This document shows, piece after piece, positions 1 to 9,659 of a stretch of 64,000 nt of DNA; positions within the stretch are counted from its first letter, which is position 1; every line of letters starts with the position of its first letter. Below the pieces are notes generated by a model. The model was not told the origin of the DNA. It searched no databases and saw only the letters and a list, made by a program, of their open reading frames with translations. Source of the stretch: an uncultured Latescibacterota bacterium (lineage in GTDB: Bacteria; Latescibacterota; UBA2968). A program made the position numbers and the translations under genes. The DNA is taken from NCBI GenBank assembly GCA_951812755.1, contig OX638329.1, forward strand, positions 293,339 through 357,338. Reading direction: 5' to 3'.

Positions 1-1900
1 ATTTTGTCTCATATCTCTCTTGACCCACCTTTAACCCGAACACATCCACAAAGAGCAAAAAGTCCGGGATATCTACCGTCCCATTCCCGTTAAAATCCGC
101 AGAAGGCTCACCGACCGGTAAGGCAACAGAGGCCCCCTGTAAGGCTACGCTGAGAAACATCGGGAGGGTCTCGGACTGTCTCCCTTGCAAGAGCTTAATC
201 CGCACCAACCGTATCTCTGTCTCTGAAAGCGCATCCGTCGTGCGAAAACGAAGTGTGCCCATCAGACCACTATCCGCCCTTGTTTCGCTACCGGATAACG
301 TCATACCGATATTCGCAAAATCCTTGCCAGAAAGCGCAGACGTGCCCGATAAAACAGGACCCCGCTTAAATCCCTCGTAAATAACCTGCGTTGCATCGTA
401 TTCAAAGCGCACGGAAAGATCGTTTACAGGAATAGCTTTAAGATTTCTCCCGAAAATCTGGATAGATGCAATGCCGCCATCAGGAGAAACACCGAGAAAG
501 GACCTGAACTGATCTCCTTCAGAATCATCTATATCCAGAGAAAGGGAAAATCGGTCACTCGGAATGAGCGTGCTGGTACGCACTGTGCCCAGTTCCGACC
601 ACTCGCTATCGCCTGAAGAATTACTCGCCCGCACCTGGATCTCGTATTCCGTATCGGGATTCAGTCCCGGGATGATCGTTCTCGTCCCGATTATGTTCTG
701 TGGACCATCTATAAATTCTCCGGTGCTGCCTTCTCTATAGCGCAGGTCATAGCTCGAGACGACCGATCCCTCCGGCACTTGCCAGTTGATGACCATACTG
801 GTTACCAATGCCCGCGTCACCATAGGCGTGTCAGGCGGTGGTGGTGGTGTTACTGGTGGTGGTGGTGGTGGCGGTGGTGGCGGTGGTGGCGGTGGTGGTG
901 GTGGCGGTGGTGGAGGGGGAGGCGGTGGTGGTGGCGGTGGTGGTGGTGGTGGCGGTGGTGGCGGTGGTGGCGGTGGTGGCGGTGGTGGAGGGGGAGGCGG
1001 TGGTGGCGGTGGTGGCGGTGGTGGCGGTGGTGGCGGTGGTGGCGGTGGTGGCGGTGGTGGAGGGGGTGGCGGTGGTGGAGGGGGAGGCGGCTCCTCCTCA
1101 ATGTAGTCACCGCTGGCGGTTGCCGCCGTGTTGCCGTTGCCGGCGGCGTCGGTCGCCGCGTCCGCTGCAACCTCGAGTCTGTAGTCCGCGCTGGGCGTGA
1201 CTGCCAGCGTCCAGGCCTTGCCGGAGATCATCTCGACGAACGTCCCCTCCGCCCCGCCGGTGACAGTGATGTCCGCCGCCTCAAAGCCGCTCATCGCCTC
1301 GTCGAAGGTAAAGGTGGCGGTGAAAGCGTCGTTCGTGCGCTGTGGCACGCCCGTAATCGCGACCGTCGGCTTCGTGTTATCTACGACGAACGTGTTGTCG
1401 TTCCGACCATTCGGACCGGGATTCGTCATTATTTCGCCATCGCCCAGGCAGCCCAGGATATCCGGCTTTTCCAGATCCACATGGCCGGGCGTGCTCAGAC
1501 CACCGTCCTTGATGACGATGAAAGGTTCGATCATCACCTTCCCGTTCAGCCCCGCGAGGTCGCCGCCGGACAGCGTCGCATCCCATTGCCAGCTGCATCC
1601 CTCTTCGTCCAACTCAAGGGGCGTCAACGCAAGCGTCGCCGTCGTGCCCGACACCTTGAAGTCAGTCGGATCCACATTCTGCGGATGAGGAGCATCCGCA
1701 ACCGGCTCGGTGAAGGTAATCAGCCAGGTGAGCGCATCGGCGTTCGTGTGCTCGCTGGTCGGGGCCTTCCGCGAGATCGTATTTATATTCGGCGAGGCCT
1801 GAGCGGTAGTTATCATCACGAACAGAACTGCGACAAAAGCGGACGCTACAAGCCGGGCGGCGCGAAGATAAAGTATTATATTTAAGGTGGTTATGTTCAT
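1..1900 (-). CDS. Secreted multidomain surface protein, C-terminus truncated by the window edge. Signal peptide, Ig-like (BIg) domain, a polyproline tract of about 85 residues, an FN3 domain, a dockerin-like Ca-binding repeat and the start of a cadherin-like domain. Its C-terminal module is paralogous to that of the gene at 47160-50786.
   Basis: Hand translation of the minus strand from ATG (complement 1898-1900): MNITTLNIILYLRAARLVASAFVAVLFVMITTAQA... followed by ...VDNTKPTVAITGVPQRTNDAFTATFTFDEAMSGFEAADITVTGG.., then poly-P, then ..SYDLRYREGSTGEFIDGP..TEYEIQVRASN.. (FN3) and ..DFNGNGTVDIPDFLLFVDVFG.. (dockerin-like). The ORF is open through position 1, which is why it is absent from the ORF track. 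Nucleotides 1-790 are about 85-90% identical to 47540-48310. Confidence 0.8.
   Translation of the reverse strand, partial: MNITTLNIILYLRAARLVASAFVAVLFVMITTAQASPNINTISRKAPTSEHTNADALTWLITFTEPVADAPHPQNVDPTDFKVSGTTATLALTPLELDEEGCSWQWDATLSGGDLAGLNGKVMIEPFIVIKDGGLSTPGHVDLEKPDILGCLGDGEIMTNPGPNGRNDNTFVVDNTKPTVAITGVPQRTNDAFTATFTFDEAMSGFEAADITVTGGAEGTFVEMISGKAWTLAVTPSADYRLEVAADAATDAAGNGNTAATASGDYIEEEPPPPPPPPPPPPPPPPPPPPPPPPPPPPPPPPPPPPPPPPPPPPPPPPPPPPPPPPPPPPPPPPPPPPPPPPPPPPPPPVTPPPPPDTPMVTRALVTSMVINWQVPEGSVVSSYDLRYREGSTGEFIDGPQNIIGTRTIIPGLNPDTEYEIQVRASNSSGDSEWSELGTVRTSTLIPSDRFSLSLDIDDSEGDQFRSFLGVSPDGGIASIQIFGRNLKAIPVNDLSVRFEYDATQVIYEGFKRGPVLSGTSALSGKDFANIGMTLSGSETRADSGLMGTLRFRTTDALSETEIRLVRIKLLQGRQSETLPMFLSVALQGASVALPVGEPSADFNGNGTVDIPDFLLFVDVFGLKVGQERYETK
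820..1100 (-). repeat. GGT/GGC trinucleotide repeat (CCA/CCG/CCC on the coding strand) encoding a near-homopolymeric proline linker
   Basis: The sequence shows ggtggcggtggtgg... for about 280 nt. The minus-strand reading frame fixed by the flanking domains translates it as Pro. The plus-strand W/R/G-rich ORFs (779..1885, 786..1106, 838..1200) are repeat artifacts. Confidence 0.85.
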
Positions 1901-2058
1901 ACGATATATTAATAATGAATACTTGTAGATTAGAATAATTATCAGAATTTTACATAAAACGTTTGCAAAAAACAAATCCTGTTTTAAGGACCGTTATGGG
2001 TGGGCTAATGTCATGCATGTGGCATGCATGTGCAACCCAACCAGCCCTCAACCCCCGT

Positions 2059-2090
2059 GGATTGCGGCTCAACACCATGCCGCGATGACG
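2059..2090. repeat. REP-like intergenic palindromic element, copy 1 (GGATYGCGGCTMAACAYCATGCCGCGATGACG)
   Basis: ATCGCGGC...GCCGCGAT inverted arms. The same 32-mer recurs at 25150-25181, at 47102-47134 on the complement, and in part at 35949-35965. Confidence 0.7.
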
Positions 2091-2126
2091 AGTGCCTTTA
2101 ACGTTTTACACTTCACACTTCTTACT

Positions 2127-3224
2127 TCACACTTCCTGATCTCTCGTCTCCAAAAACGCATTCAAATCTTCCAACCCCATCCCCGCAATCCCCAACTCGC
2201 GCACGCTGCGCCCTGTTGTCCACCCATCAAAACCCATCACCACAGACGCAATATCCACCAGCCCGCGCATCAAAGGCGCATCCACCCCGTATTGCGCGCC
2301 CACATCGTGCCATGCTGAAAGACCATAAGGAATATCCTCCGTAAGCCATCGGCTCTCAAGCGACCCCGGCGCCTTGAGTTGCGTCAGCATCCGGCTGCCA
2401 TTAATCGCTGCCCACAAATCGCCCTTCGGACCAAAACCCGCGCGATAAAACGCCTCATCAGCCGCCATCAGATCGTACCCCAAAGCCTTTGCAATAGCTC
2501 TGCGCTCAGCATCCACAGCCATAATCGTCTTCGCCACAGACGGAGAAACCCCCTCCTCGTAAAAATAGAACTCCCCGTGAGAATACTCAATCCGCCCCGC
2601 ATTCATCAACACACCCGCGGGATGCACAACCGGATTCATCGCAGACAAACCACACGCCATCACCGTTGGATACGCCTGAATCCCCGGAAAAAAAGGCGAC
2701 AGACGCTCGCGCACCCGCTCTGTATCCGCAGCCGGCAAAACCCCCAAACCCAACCCGGTCACAGTACCCCAAATCGTCGCCGTATCTGGCGCGGTTTTCC
2801 GACACACATAAGGCGCAGTATCCACCTCGGCAAGCGTGACACCTCCCACACCCCGTTCCCTCAGCAGCGTCGCCCATTCCAGCGTACCCAGCGTACCCGG
2901 CATCAACACAACCGTATGCTCCGGTCTCAGATAGGGAGCACACACCAGCGCAAAAGGCTTATGGGCATACGCCGGCACAATCACCAGAATCAGATCCGAG
3001 GCATTCAAAGCCACTTCCATATCCGTGGTCAAACTGTGAACTTCTGCCGCCCCTGTCTCCTCAACGCCCAACAGATGAATCACGCCACTGTCGCGCACCG
3101 GATCGAGCATCTCCCCAAACTCCGGCAATTCGCAAAGCGTAACACCAAAACCCTTCAACGTCAGATTAGCAGCCGCAGCAAACGCCGTATTACCCCCACC
3201 GAGAATTGTAATATGTTCAGACAT
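2127..3224 (-). CDS. NAD(P)-dependent opine dehydrogenase family oxidoreductase
   Basis: N-terminal Rossmann motif ILGGGNTAFAAAANL. Overall collinearity with Arthrobacter opine dehydrogenase (VIVPA.H, LNPG.G.LE..., YFYEEG..PSV, VDAERRAIAKA). Confidence 0.7.
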   Translation of the reverse strand: MSEHITILGGGNTAFAAAANLTLKGFGVTLCELPEFGEMLDPVRDSGVIHLLGVEETGAAEVHSLTTDMEVALNASDLILVIVPAYAHKPFALVCAPYLRPEHTVVLMPGTLGTLEWATLLRERGVGGVTLAEVDTAPYVCRKTAPDTATIWGTVTGLGLGVLPAADTERVRERLSPFFPGIQAYPTVMACGLSAMNPVVHPAGVLMNAGRIEYSHGEFYFYEEGVSPSVAKTIMAVDAERRAIAKALGYDLMAADEAFYRAGFGPKGDLWAAINGSRMLTQLKAPGSLESRWLTEDIPYGLSAWHDVGAQYGVDAPLMRGLVDIASVVMGFDGWTTGRSVRELGIAGMGLEDLNAFLETRDQEV

Positions 3225-3233
3225 AAAAGACCC

Positions 3234-3815
3234 CTACCATGAAAAATCAGCAATCCGAAGCTCAAACCCCGGCAACTGATCAGAAGTATAAACATCGCCC
3301 TCTCCCAATTCCCGAGCCAGATAATCGTGCTCTCCACGCGAAAGAACCGTAACAACCCGCCGAAAGGGATCGACAATGACGTATTCTGCCACACCTATAT
3401 CAAAATATTCTCCACGCTTCAAAATATAATCTCGCTCCTCGCTCCCCCTGCTCACAACCTCAAAAACGAGATCGGGAACCAGATCGTAAATATGGTCAGC
3501 AGACACATCGTCTAAATACACGGCAATATCACCAACCCGATCCGTCTGGTCCGAAGTCCGTATCCAGCCCTCGGGCGCAATGAGTTCAATCATCTCTGAA
3601 TGGGTATGTCTATAGACGTAGAGCCTCTCGAGAATTTCGGAAACCACCTGCATATGCGGCAAATCGCTCGGCTCCATCACAACCAATCTCTTTTCCACGC
3701 GCTCATACCGATAGGGCGCATCCCACTCCGCCTCGGCAAACTCCTCGTCCGTCAGAAACCGCCCCTGATCTTTTAAACCCAATTTCAAGTGTGTTTTTGT
3801 CATAATACTCACCAT
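3234..3815 (-). CDS. Uma2 family (DUF820) PD-(D/E)XK endonuclease
   Basis: About 190 aa. Typical Uma2 layout (..YRYERV.G.LVVM.P....H...V..I...L ... PDLVFEVVS....RDY..K...Y...GV.EY.IVDP). Tandem paralog of the next gene. Confidence 0.7.
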   Translation of the reverse strand: MVSIMTKTHLKLGLKDQGRFLTDEEFAEAEWDAPYRYERVEKRLVVMEPSDLPHMQVVSEILERLYVYRHTHSEMIELIAPEGWIRTSDQTDRVGDIAVYLDDVSADHIYDLVPDLVFEVVSRGSEERDYILKRGEYFDIGVAEYVIVDPFRRVVTVLSRGEHDYLARELGEGDVYTSDQLPGFELRIADFSW

Positions 3816-4402
3816 CCCAGATTGGCAATTGGCAGTTCAAACCCTGGCAATTGATCAGAAGTATAAACATCGCCCTCTCCCAATTCCCGATCCAGATAAT
3901 CGTGCTCCCCACGCGAAAGAACCGTAACCACTTTTCGAAAGGGGTCGACAATCACATATTCTGCCACCCCCAGATCGAAATACTCCCCACGCTTCAAAAT
4001 ATAATCTCGTTCTTCGCTCCCTCTGCTCACAACCTCGAAAACAACGCGGGGAATCCTTTCGTATTGTTGATCGGACTGCGGCTCATCTTCCGTGAGATAA
4101 ACGCCGATATCCGCCATGCGATCCTGTCCTTCCCCAGTGCGAATCCACGCCTCTGTCGCTGCCATTTCAATCATTCCCGGATGGGCTGCATCGTAAATAG
4201 AGATCTCTTTCACAACAGCCCATACCAACCCCAAATGCGTCTTACCACTTGGCGACATAACCACAAGCCTCCCTTCCACGCGCTCATATCGATAGGGCGC
4301 ATCGCATGCCGCTTGGGCAAACTCCTCGTCCGTCAGCAACCGCCCCTGATCTTTCAAGCCCAATCTCAATTTTGTCTCCAGCATAGCCTGACCTCCGTTC
4401 AC
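3809..4402 (-). CDS. Uma2 family (DUF820) PD-(D/E)XK endonuclease, second tandem copy
   Basis: About 60% identical to the 3234-3815 product. It overlaps its neighbours by 7 nt and 4 nt, so it is translationally coupled within the operon. Confidence 0.7.
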   Translation of the reverse strand: MNGGQAMLETKLRLGLKDQGRLLTDEEFAQAACDAPYRYERVEGRLVVMSPSGKTHLGLVWAVVKEISIYDAAHPGMIEMAATEAWIRTGEGQDRMADIGVYLTEDEPQSDQQYERIPRVVFEVVSRGSEERDYILKRGEYFDLGVAEYVIVDPFRKVVTVLSRGEHDYLDRELGEGDVYTSDQLPGFELPIANLGW

Positions 4403-5556
4403 GACTCACTTTTCATCGCCCACTGTTGCTTCTTCTCTCTCATCTCTGCATTCAATTCCACCTCGCGCTGCGGCGTCTGATTCGCGCTATCCTGAACCCA
4501 CTCACCTTCGCGCTTCTCTACAGGCTGTCGCTGTGCCACATTCAGAATCCCAAATGGGCGATGCGGCTCTTTTTGGTACCAGTAAGCCACAGACGCCATC
4601 TCATTCGCCAGATGATTGCCGTGCCCGTGCTCAATCGTCACCTTAATCTCCTTTTCAAACCGCACCGGATTGGTCAAATGAAAAACATAAGACGTCTGAT
4701 ACCCACCCGTATTCCGCTCATAAATCGACGACCCATTCATCAAAAACGCATTATCCTGCATCCCCCACGCCTGATTGAGATAATCCTCGCTACCCGTACC
4801 GTGCAACTCCGGCGGCCACTTGTACCCATCCACCCAGATCATATCATCGCCCTCACCCCACCACGTCCCCTGAAAATTCGTCACCGACAAATTGCACCCA
4901 ATATAATGTCCGACACCCGCCGCCTCCAAAATCACATAATTGCCATCCCACGCCTGCCGCTCAACATTGACAATATTCGCCTCGGGCGTATTGACGCGAA
5001 TTTCGTGCCCCCAACCATCGCACGGATTTTCCCTGTGAAATTGCGCGTGAAAATACGCCGTATCTTCGCCCCAGGGAGCGTCGTACAACTCGTAATCCAC
5101 ATAAAAATATTGCCGATAAGACTCATCGCCCTCATTCGTCACCTCAACGCGCGCAGAGCGATTAAACGGCATAAGCAAATAGCAATTCAGTGCCGCATTG
5201 GGCACAAACTGATTCTCGCGCTGTGCATTGGCAGACGCTGAAAAGGGCAGCGATTGAAAAGACGTTGAAATACCGTGTCCCAAACAAAAGAAATCCCCCA
5301 ACGGCACCTCGACACTCGGATCTTCTTCACCATCCCAAAACATCTTCAAAACCACATTGCGAAAAGCACCATCCCCGCTTTGCGTCATCCAAATATGCGT
5401 AATACAACCCGGTCCCTTGAGATCGGCCAACACGCGCGTCTCTCCCCCCTCAATAACCCATGCATCGCCATTGCGTCCACTGTTATCCCATGACGACGCC
5501 CGCAACGTCCTGGCTCTTTTGGTCTGCGTAAGTGAAGCGAGCATATGAGCGTCCAT
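4399..5556 (-). CDS. DUF2961 family protein (GH172-like beta-jellyroll glycoside hydrolase family)
   Basis: 385 aa with GPGCITHIWMT and WGEGDDMIWVDG motifs characteristic of DUF2961. This is a call from memory and needs HMM confirmation. Confidence 0.5.
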   Translation of the reverse strand: MDAHMLASLTQTKRARTLRASSWDNSGRNGDAWVIEGGETRVLADLKGPGCITHIWMTQSGDGAFRNVVLKMFWDGEEDPSVEVPLGDFFCLGHGISTSFQSLPFSASANAQRENQFVPNAALNCYLLMPFNRSARVEVTNEGDESYRQYFYVDYELYDAPWGEDTAYFHAQFHRENPCDGWGHEIRVNTPEANIVNVERQAWDGNYVILEAAGVGHYIGCNLSVTNFQGTWWGEGDDMIWVDGYKWPPELHGTGSEDYLNQAWGMQDNAFLMNGSSIYERNTGGYQTSYVFHLTNPVRFEKEIKVTIEHGHGNHLANEMASVAYWYQKEPHRPFGILNVAQRQPVEKREGEWVQDSANQTPQREVELNAEMREKKQQWAMKSES

Positions 5557-5904
5557 CTCTCCTCCTTATTAGCAATCAACGCGAATTAATTAAAAGCACC
5601 CTCATCCTGGACGCCTAATTAAGGCATGCAGGCGTGACGAGCACCTATCGTCATTACAAGTACTCCAGTCTTTCCAACGTCCAGAATATTCAGAATTTTA
5701 CCCACCGCGTCAAAGGGTTTTTTTAGAAAAAAAATAATACGCCAACAAATCGCAAAATTTTCTTTTTGCAAACGTTAAATCCGTTTCCTACAGCCCCCGA
5801 TTTTTGCTCTAAATCTCGCAGATACAGACAATTGAACACACCTGCACCCCAACACCAGCAATATTACAATTTGCATATATTTGGTATTGACTTTTTTTTT
5901 AGAC

Positions 5905-5918
5905 CACCATATATTGTG
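5905..5918 (+). promoter_or_regulatory. Candidate NrdR box in the long nrdA leader
   Basis: CACCATATATTGTG is a 14-bp near-palindrome resembling the NrdR operator consensus (CACwAtATaTwGTG). It lies about 350 bp upstream of the nrdA start. I did not find a convincing second box. Confidence 0.35.
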
Positions 5919-6269
5919 CTTGAAGTTGTTAATGAGAATTTGTTCGATGTCCTCGTTGAGCTATTTTGTCGCGGTCAGACCAAACATGTGCTGAACTTGA
6001 TTCAGTAATCTTTAGCAACTGCTTTTGTTTTTCAAGTTGTTATTTTTTTTCGGGAAAACAAATCCATTGTTCGCAGTCTCTCCCCGTCTCTGCGATTGGG
6101 ATTTCTCACCTAAAGTTTTCCCGATTTGTTATCTAAAAACAAAACCCCACACTCATTTTTCAACCCTCCCCGTTGTGGTTTTTATGCAGCGGTTATGGGT
6201 TTATTTTTTCTGCGAGAACACGCAGGAGCAGGCTCCTATTGGTTCTCGGCTGGTATTTGGGAGGCAGGC

Positions 6270-9161
6270 ATGGCCGAAATAGTTGACGCTTTACTGGAAG
6301 CGGTTGGTTTTGCGGTACGCAAACGCGATGGTCGAATCGTCGATTTTGACCGCGTGCGCATTGAACGCGCGATTGAGGCAGCATTTAGAGCCGAGTTGGG
6401 GTTGTCCAACGATCATTCATTGCCGCCCAAAATTGAAACCGATGTGTCGGGACTCACCGACGCTGTTATTGCTGAAATTGAAGATGAATTGCACGAGCCG
6501 GATGACAGCGTGGATGTCGAACGCATCCAGGACAAAGTCGAAATCCAGTTGATGCGTGCAGGACATTTTGCGGTCGCGCGACGCTACATCGTCTATCGAG
6601 AAGACCACAAAAAAGCCCGCGTACTCAGCGGCCAGGAAGAACCCCAGGACCCCAACGCACCCAAACTCCGCGTACAAACAGCCGATGGCAAGCGCGAACC
6701 CCTGGATGCCAACCGCATTCGCACCGAAGTATTTGCCGTCTGCGATGACGACGTAGATCCTCAAGACCTGCTCAATGAGATATATCGCTCCCTCTACGAC
6801 GACATCAAACCCGACGATATTGAACGCGCCATGATCCTGTCAGCGCGCAGCCGCGTGGAAAAAGAACCCGCCTATAGCAAAGTCGCAATGCGCTTGCTCC
6901 TCAACGTAATCTATCGCCACGCCCTGGGATTCAAACCCGCGCTTGAAGACAGGGACACAGCATGTCAGCAGGGATTTGCAAAATTTATTGAAACGGGCAT
7001 TGAAAACGACCGTTTAGATCCCAAATTGCGCACTTATGATCTGGAGCGTCTATCTGAAGCCTTAAAACCCGAGCGCGATGAAGACTTTGAGTACCTGGGC
7101 GTACAAACGATCTTTGATCGCTACTTGCTCCACGTCAACGAGCGCCGCATTGAAACCCCGCAGTTCTTCTGGATGCGCGTGGCCATGGGCCTGTCCTGGG
7201 ACGAATATGACAAAGAGGCACGCGCCATTCAATTTTACGAAGTACTCTCTTCCTTCCGATTTGTCTCTGCCACGCCCACCCTGTTCAATGCCGGCACCCT
7301 GCATCCGCAGTTGTCCTCGTGTTATCTGTCAACCGCGCAAGATGACCTGGAACACATATTCAAAATGGTATCCGACAATGCCAAATTGTCCAAATGGGCT
7401 GGCGGTCTGGGCAATGACTGGACAAATGTGCGCGCGACAAATTCCTATATCCGCGGCACAAATGGCAAAAGCCAGGGCGTCATTCCATTTTTGAAAGTCG
7501 TGAACGATACCGCAGTTGCCGTCAACCAGGGCGGAAAACGCAAAGGCGCGGTATGCTCCTATCTGGAAACCTGGCACCTGGACATCGAAGATTTTATGGA
7601 ACTGCGCAAAAACACGGGCGATGACCGCCGCCGCACGCACGACATGAACACGGCCAACTGGATCCCCGACCTGTTTATGAAGCGCGTCATGGAAAAGGGA
7701 ACCTGGACTCTGTTCAGCCCAGATGAAGTCCCCGACCTGCACGATTTGTACGGCAAAGCCTTTGAAGAAAAATACCTCGCGTATGAACAAAAAGCCGAAG
7801 CCGGTGAACTGCAACAACATCGCCAGATCGATGCCGTGCAACTGTGGCGAAAAATGTTGTCCATGCTCTTTGAAACCGGGCACCCGTGGATCACATTTAA
7901 AGACCCGTCCAATATCCGCTCTCCGCAGGATCACGCGGGCGTTGTCCACAGCTCGAATTTGTGTACTGAAATTTTGTTGAACACGAGCCGCGAAGAAACC
8001 GCAGTATGCAACCTCGGCTCTGTAAATCTCGTGGCGCATATCACACCCACGGGCCTCAACCGCGAATTGCTGGAAGATACAATATCCACAGCGCTTCGGA
8101 TGCTGGACAACGTAATAGACATCAACTTTTATCCCACAGAAGAAGCCGCCACATCCAACAAACGCCACCGTCCAGTGGGCCTGGGCATCATGGGATTTCA
8201 GGACGCGCTATATCTGTTGAATTTGCCCTACGATTCGCAAGGCGCGGTTGACTTTGCCGACGTGAGCATGGAAATGATCTCGTATTACGCGATCCTATCC
8301 TCAACGCACCTGGCCGAAGAACGCGGCACATATCACTCCTACATCGGTTCAAAATGGGACCGCGGCATATTGCCCATCGATACCTTGAAGATATTGGAAC
8401 AGGAACGGGGGTCGTACTGTGAAGTGGATATGTCCGCGCGCCTGGACTGGAATATAGTGCGCGAGGCAGTCGCCGAACACGGCATGCGAAACAGCAATGT
8501 CATGGCCATTGCCCCAACCGCCACCATATCGAATATCTCGGGCGTGACGCAGTCCATCGAGCCGATGTATCGCAACCTGTATGTAAAAGCAAATCTGTCC
8601 GGTGACTTTACAGTATTAAATCCCTACATGGTCGATGCCCTGAAAGCGCGCGACCTGTGGGACGACCAGATGGTAGATGATCTGAAGTATTTCGATGGCT
8701 CAGTCCAGGAAATTGACCGTGTGCCGCAAGACATAAAAGCACTCTACAAAACCGCATTCGAAGTGGCACCCGAGTGGCTCATCGAATGCGCCAGCCGCCG
8801 ACAAAAATGGATCGACATGGGCCAATCGCTGAATCTGTACATCGCAGCCCCCAGCGGCAAGGCACTGGACGACATGTACAAACTCGCCTGGGTGCGCGGG
8901 CTAAAGACCACGTACTACTTGCGCTCGCTGGCAGCGACCCAGATCGAGAAATCCACCATGGACATCAACAAACGCGGCGTCCAGCCCCGGTGGATGCAGT
9001 CCAAATCCGCTTCGAGCGATGTGCAAGTGCAACGCGAAGATGCACCTGTAGAAACTGACGCGTCTCTCAACGGGCAGGTACACCACGAGACCCCTGCCAC
9101 ACCAGGCCCAACGGCTGCATCCTGCGATATTACAGACGGGACATGTGAGGCGTGTCAGTAA
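6270..9161 (+). CDS. nrdA: Ribonucleoside-diphosphate reductase large (alpha) subunit, class I, with N-terminal ATP-cone
   Basis: ATP-cone ([20 protein letters not shown]). Catalytic motifs [18 protein letters not shown] and [11 protein letters not shown]-terminal redox Cys pair ([12 protein letters not shown]). I place the start at ATG 6270 with GGAGG 6 nt upstream; the track ORF from 6126 is an in-frame upstream extension. Confidence 0.9.
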   Translation: MAEIVDALLEAVGFAVRKRDGRIVDFDRVRIERAIEAAFRAELGLSNDHSLPPKIETDVSGLTDAVIAEIEDELHEPDDSVDVERIQDKVEIQLMRAGHFAVARRYIVYREDHKKARVLSGQEEPQDPNAPKLRVQTADGKREPLDANRIRTEVFAVCDDDVDPQDLLNEIYRSLYDDIKPDDIERAMILSARSRVEKEPAYSKVAMRLLLNVIYRHALGFKPALEDRDTACQQGFAKFIETGIENDRLDPKLRTYDLERLSEALKPERDEDFEYLGVQTIFDRYLLHVNERRIETPQFFWMRVAMGLSWDEYDKEARAIQFYEVLSSFRFVSATPTLFNAGTLHPQLSSCYLSTAQDDLEHIFKMVSDNAKLSKWAGGLGNDWTNVRATNSYIRGTNGKSQGVIPFLKVVNDTAVAVNQGGKRKGAVCSYLETWHLDIEDFMELRKNTGDDRRRTHDMNTANWIPDLFMKRVMEKGTWTLFSPDEVPDLHDLYGKAFEEKYLAYEQKAEAGELQQHRQIDAVQLWRKMLSMLFETGHPWITFKDPSNIRSPQDHAGVVHSSNLCTEILLNTSREETAVCNLGSVNLVAHITPTGLNRELLEDTISTALRMLDNVIDINFYPTEEAATSNKRHRPVGLGIMGFQDALYLLNLPYDSQGAVDFADVSMEMISYYAILSSTHLAEERGTYHSYIGSKWDRGILPIDTLKILEQERGSYCEVDMSARLDWNIVREAVAEHGMRNSNVMAIAPTATISNISGVTQSIEPMYRNLYVKANLSGDFTVLNPYMVDALKARDLWDDQMVDDLKYFDGSVQEIDRVPQDIKALYKTAFEVAPEWLIECASRRQKWIDMGQSLNLYIAAPSGKALDDMYKLAWVRGLKTTYYLRSLAATQIEKSTMDINKRGVQPRWMQSKSASSDVQVQREDAPVETDASLNGQVHHETPATPGPTAASCDITDGTCEACQ

Positions 9162-9193
9162 AAAAAGAAAGGGACGTGCTATGAACACGTCCC
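9160..9193 (-). terminator. Intrinsic terminator reading on the minus strand (stem gggacgtg / cacgtccc followed by a T-run on the minus strand)
   Basis: An 8-bp perfect stem at 9171-9178 and 9186-9193 with an A-run at 9160-9170 on the plus strand. It sits between the convergent nrdA and the minus-strand small-protein operon. Confidence 0.5.
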
Positions 9194-9365
9194 GATCACA
9201 ATAAATGACCTTGGCTAAAGACATCTATAATTTGCTACATCCCAAAGGTATTTGGCAAGGCTTCATAGAGGAGATGAATATGCGCTGAAAAGGGGAGCAG
9301 TTTATCTATCTCGGACCATTTTGGAGCAGACCACAATAAATTCTGGTGATTTTGAACGACCTCAC

Positions 9366-9659
9366 CTAATTTTTCGTCTCCGAGCGACTAAAACATCTGA
9401 ATAGACCGACTATAGATACATAGATGATGGCAATACCACCTACAAGAATCGCAAATCTATGGTCACTGAATTCTCCAAACGCTATATCCTCTAAAAAAAG
9501 GACACTATATCCGAGAAATAGTCCGGTATCAATCCCAACACCGATTGCAACAACAGAAACAAGTTTTGGAAGATCAGGAACTTCTTTACGCAAGCCACAG
9601 ACTACACAGTAAATCAAAAGAAACACTATACCGAGAATCAGCCCTCTATTTATTGTCAT
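9366..9659 (-). CDS. Small membrane protein of about 97 aa with 3 predicted TM helices. Last gene of the Panacea-associated operon.
   Basis: Hydrophobic segments LILGIVFLLIYCVVCGL, LVSVVAIGVGIDTGLFLGYSVLFL and FAILVGGIAIIYVSIVGLF. The start overlaps the upstream stop by 4 nt. AT-rich (about 42% GC). Confidence 0.5.
   Translation of the reverse strand: MTINRGLILGIVFLLIYCVVCGLRKEVPDLPKLVSVVAIGVGIDTGLFLGYSVLFLEDIAFGEFSDHRFAILVGGIAIIYVSIVGLFRCFSRSETKN

Noticed and set aside
779-1885. Large plus-strand ORFs rich in W/R/G/V (779..1885, 786..1106, 838..1200) and the minus-strand 850..1170 H/R-rich ORF
   Set aside because: These are artefacts of the GGT/GGC trinucleotide repeat. The real gene is on the minus strand in the proline frame and extends past coordinate 1.
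2379-3242. 287-aa plus-strand ORF opposite the opine dehydrogenase gene, and similar long antisense ORFs opposite the nrdA, SulP and fused-MFS genes (for example 7329..8168, 23762..24259, 24190..24939, 52208..53419)
   Set aside because: High-GC shadow ORFs. Their partners on the opposite strand have clear homology-supported reading frames.
6126-6269. Upstream in-frame extension of nrdA (the track start at 6126, and overlapping small ORFs 6025..6282 and 6193..6384)
   Set aside because: The extension has no SD and is not similar to RNR. ATG 6270 has a GGAGG SD, and the ATP-cone begins a few residues later.
5557-6269. Possible riboswitch (for example B12) in the 700-bp nrdA leader
   Set aside because: The enzyme is class I (not B12-dependent), and I could not recognise B-box or other riboswitch consensus elements. 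Only a candidate NrdR box was retained.
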